Part shown: piece by piece, positions 31,446-32,000 of the stretch
How positions within the stretch are numbered: the stretch's first letter is position 1
Layout: each line of letters begins with the position of its first letter
Source of the DNA: Chlamydiota bacterium
Lineage (GTDB): Bacteria > Auribacterota > JACPWU01
Assembly (NCBI GenBank): GCA_016196885.1
Contig: JACPWU010000002.1
Span: forward strand, 60,001-92,000
DNA length: 32,000 nt
Direction of reading: 5' to 3'
Position numbers and translations under genes: made by a program
Notes under the pieces: generated by a model
What the model was told of the DNA's origin: nothing
Database searches by the model: none
Seen by the model: only the letters and a program-made list of their open reading frames with translations

Positions 31446-32000
31446 AAAGATTTTGGAGAATGTTTTTAGTGGTTCTTATTTTAAGCAATATTCACGGTTT
31501 GGTTTATGCACAGAATGATTCAGAAAAAACAGAGGAGAGCAACCTTCCTTACACACCCGTGATCACTCCCAATGGCAGCACCTTACCCTGGAAAATGGAA
31601 AATGGCGTGAAGGTTTTTCATCTTATTGCAGAACCGATCAAGCATGAGATTTCACCTGGTATGGTGATCAATGCTTGGGGTTACAATGGTCAAACCCCCG
31701 GGCCCACGATTGAAGCGGTGGAAGGGGATATTGTGCGCATTCTGGTGACCAATCAATTACCGGAGCCCACAGCGGTTCACTGGCATGGCGTGCTCGTTCC
31801 CAACGGTATGGATGGGGTGCAAGGGCTGACTCAAAAGCCTATTCTTCCTGGGGAAACGTTCGCGTATGAATTTACACTTCACCAGCATGGGACCCAGATG
31901 TACCATTCTCATGGGGATGAGATGACGCAGATGGGTTTAGGGACGATGGGATTTTTTATCATTCATCCCAAGAAGTCTGAGCACAAGATTGACCGCGATT
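31442..32000 (+). CDS. multicopper oxidase (CopA/PcoA/CueO-like), 5' partial, runs off the window
   Basis: Not in the ORF track because there is no stop in the window. Signal peptide MKRFWRMFLVVLILSNIHGLVYA, copper-ligand motifs HWHG and HSHG, and GYNGQTPGPTIE. Confidence 0.9.
   Translation, partial: MKRFWRMFLVVLILSNIHGLVYAQNDSEKTEESNLPYTPVITPNGSTLPWKMENGVKVFHLIAEPIKHEISPGMVINAWGYNGQTPGPTIEAVEGDIVRILVTNQLPEPTAVHWHGVLVPNGMDGVQGLTQKPILPGETFAYEFTLHQHGTQMYHSHGDEMTQMGLGTMGFFIIHPKKSEHKIDRD

Noticed and set aside
21824-32000. The copper/silver cluster as a mobile genomic island.
   Set aside because: There is no integrase, transposase, tRNA or flanking direct repeat in the window. Only the palindromic element sits at the left edge, and the right edge is outside the window. 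Mobility cannot be supported from this sequence.

Overview
A 32-kb bacterial chromosomal segment that uses the standard genetic code: TAA, TAG and TGA all end well-conserved genes. I recognised no rRNA, tRNA, CRISPR array, transposase or integrase. From 0 to 21.6 kb the genes are mostly housekeeping: a DUF4013-like membrane protein, a nucleotide-sugar dehydrogenase, a family-4 uracil-DNA glycosylase, priA, a TPR protein, def-DUF1189-fmt followed by a decayed rsmB, an iron-uptake-like operon, hemL, sucCD (minus strand) and a PBP5-type D-Ala-D-Ala carboxypeptidase. From 21.8 to 32 kb lies a Cu/Ag homeostasis island. It holds cusCBA-like genes flanked by two paralogous Cys/His-rich small proteins, a secreted stand-alone heavy-metal-binding-domain protein, a small periplasmic Cys protein, and a second TolC-like gene coupled to a multicopper oxidase that runs off the window. 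The most unusual locus is the iron operon (10.8-15.8 kb). It encodes an FTR1 permease fused to a DUF2318-like domain and a zinc ribbon, two MacB/FtsX-type permeases, and an ABC ATPase whose C-terminus is a DtxR/IdeR-like metal-sensor module. A promoter overlapped by a palindromic operator-like site precedes the operon. Several non-genic patterns overlie the genes. (i) At eight gene junctions there are long imperfect hairpins whose arms are degenerate tandem 7-8-nt words. The word differs between loci, and several of these sit inside operons. (ii) A nested palindromic element of about 115-140 bp is present twice. (iii) A second element family shares only its terminal boxes. (iv) Three toxin-antitoxin loci have lost the 5' part of the toxin gene. 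(v) Two in-frame TGA codons interrupt conserved coding sequence, in the rsmB remnant and in the sucD tail. All functional calls come from motif recognition by eye; no database search was run.
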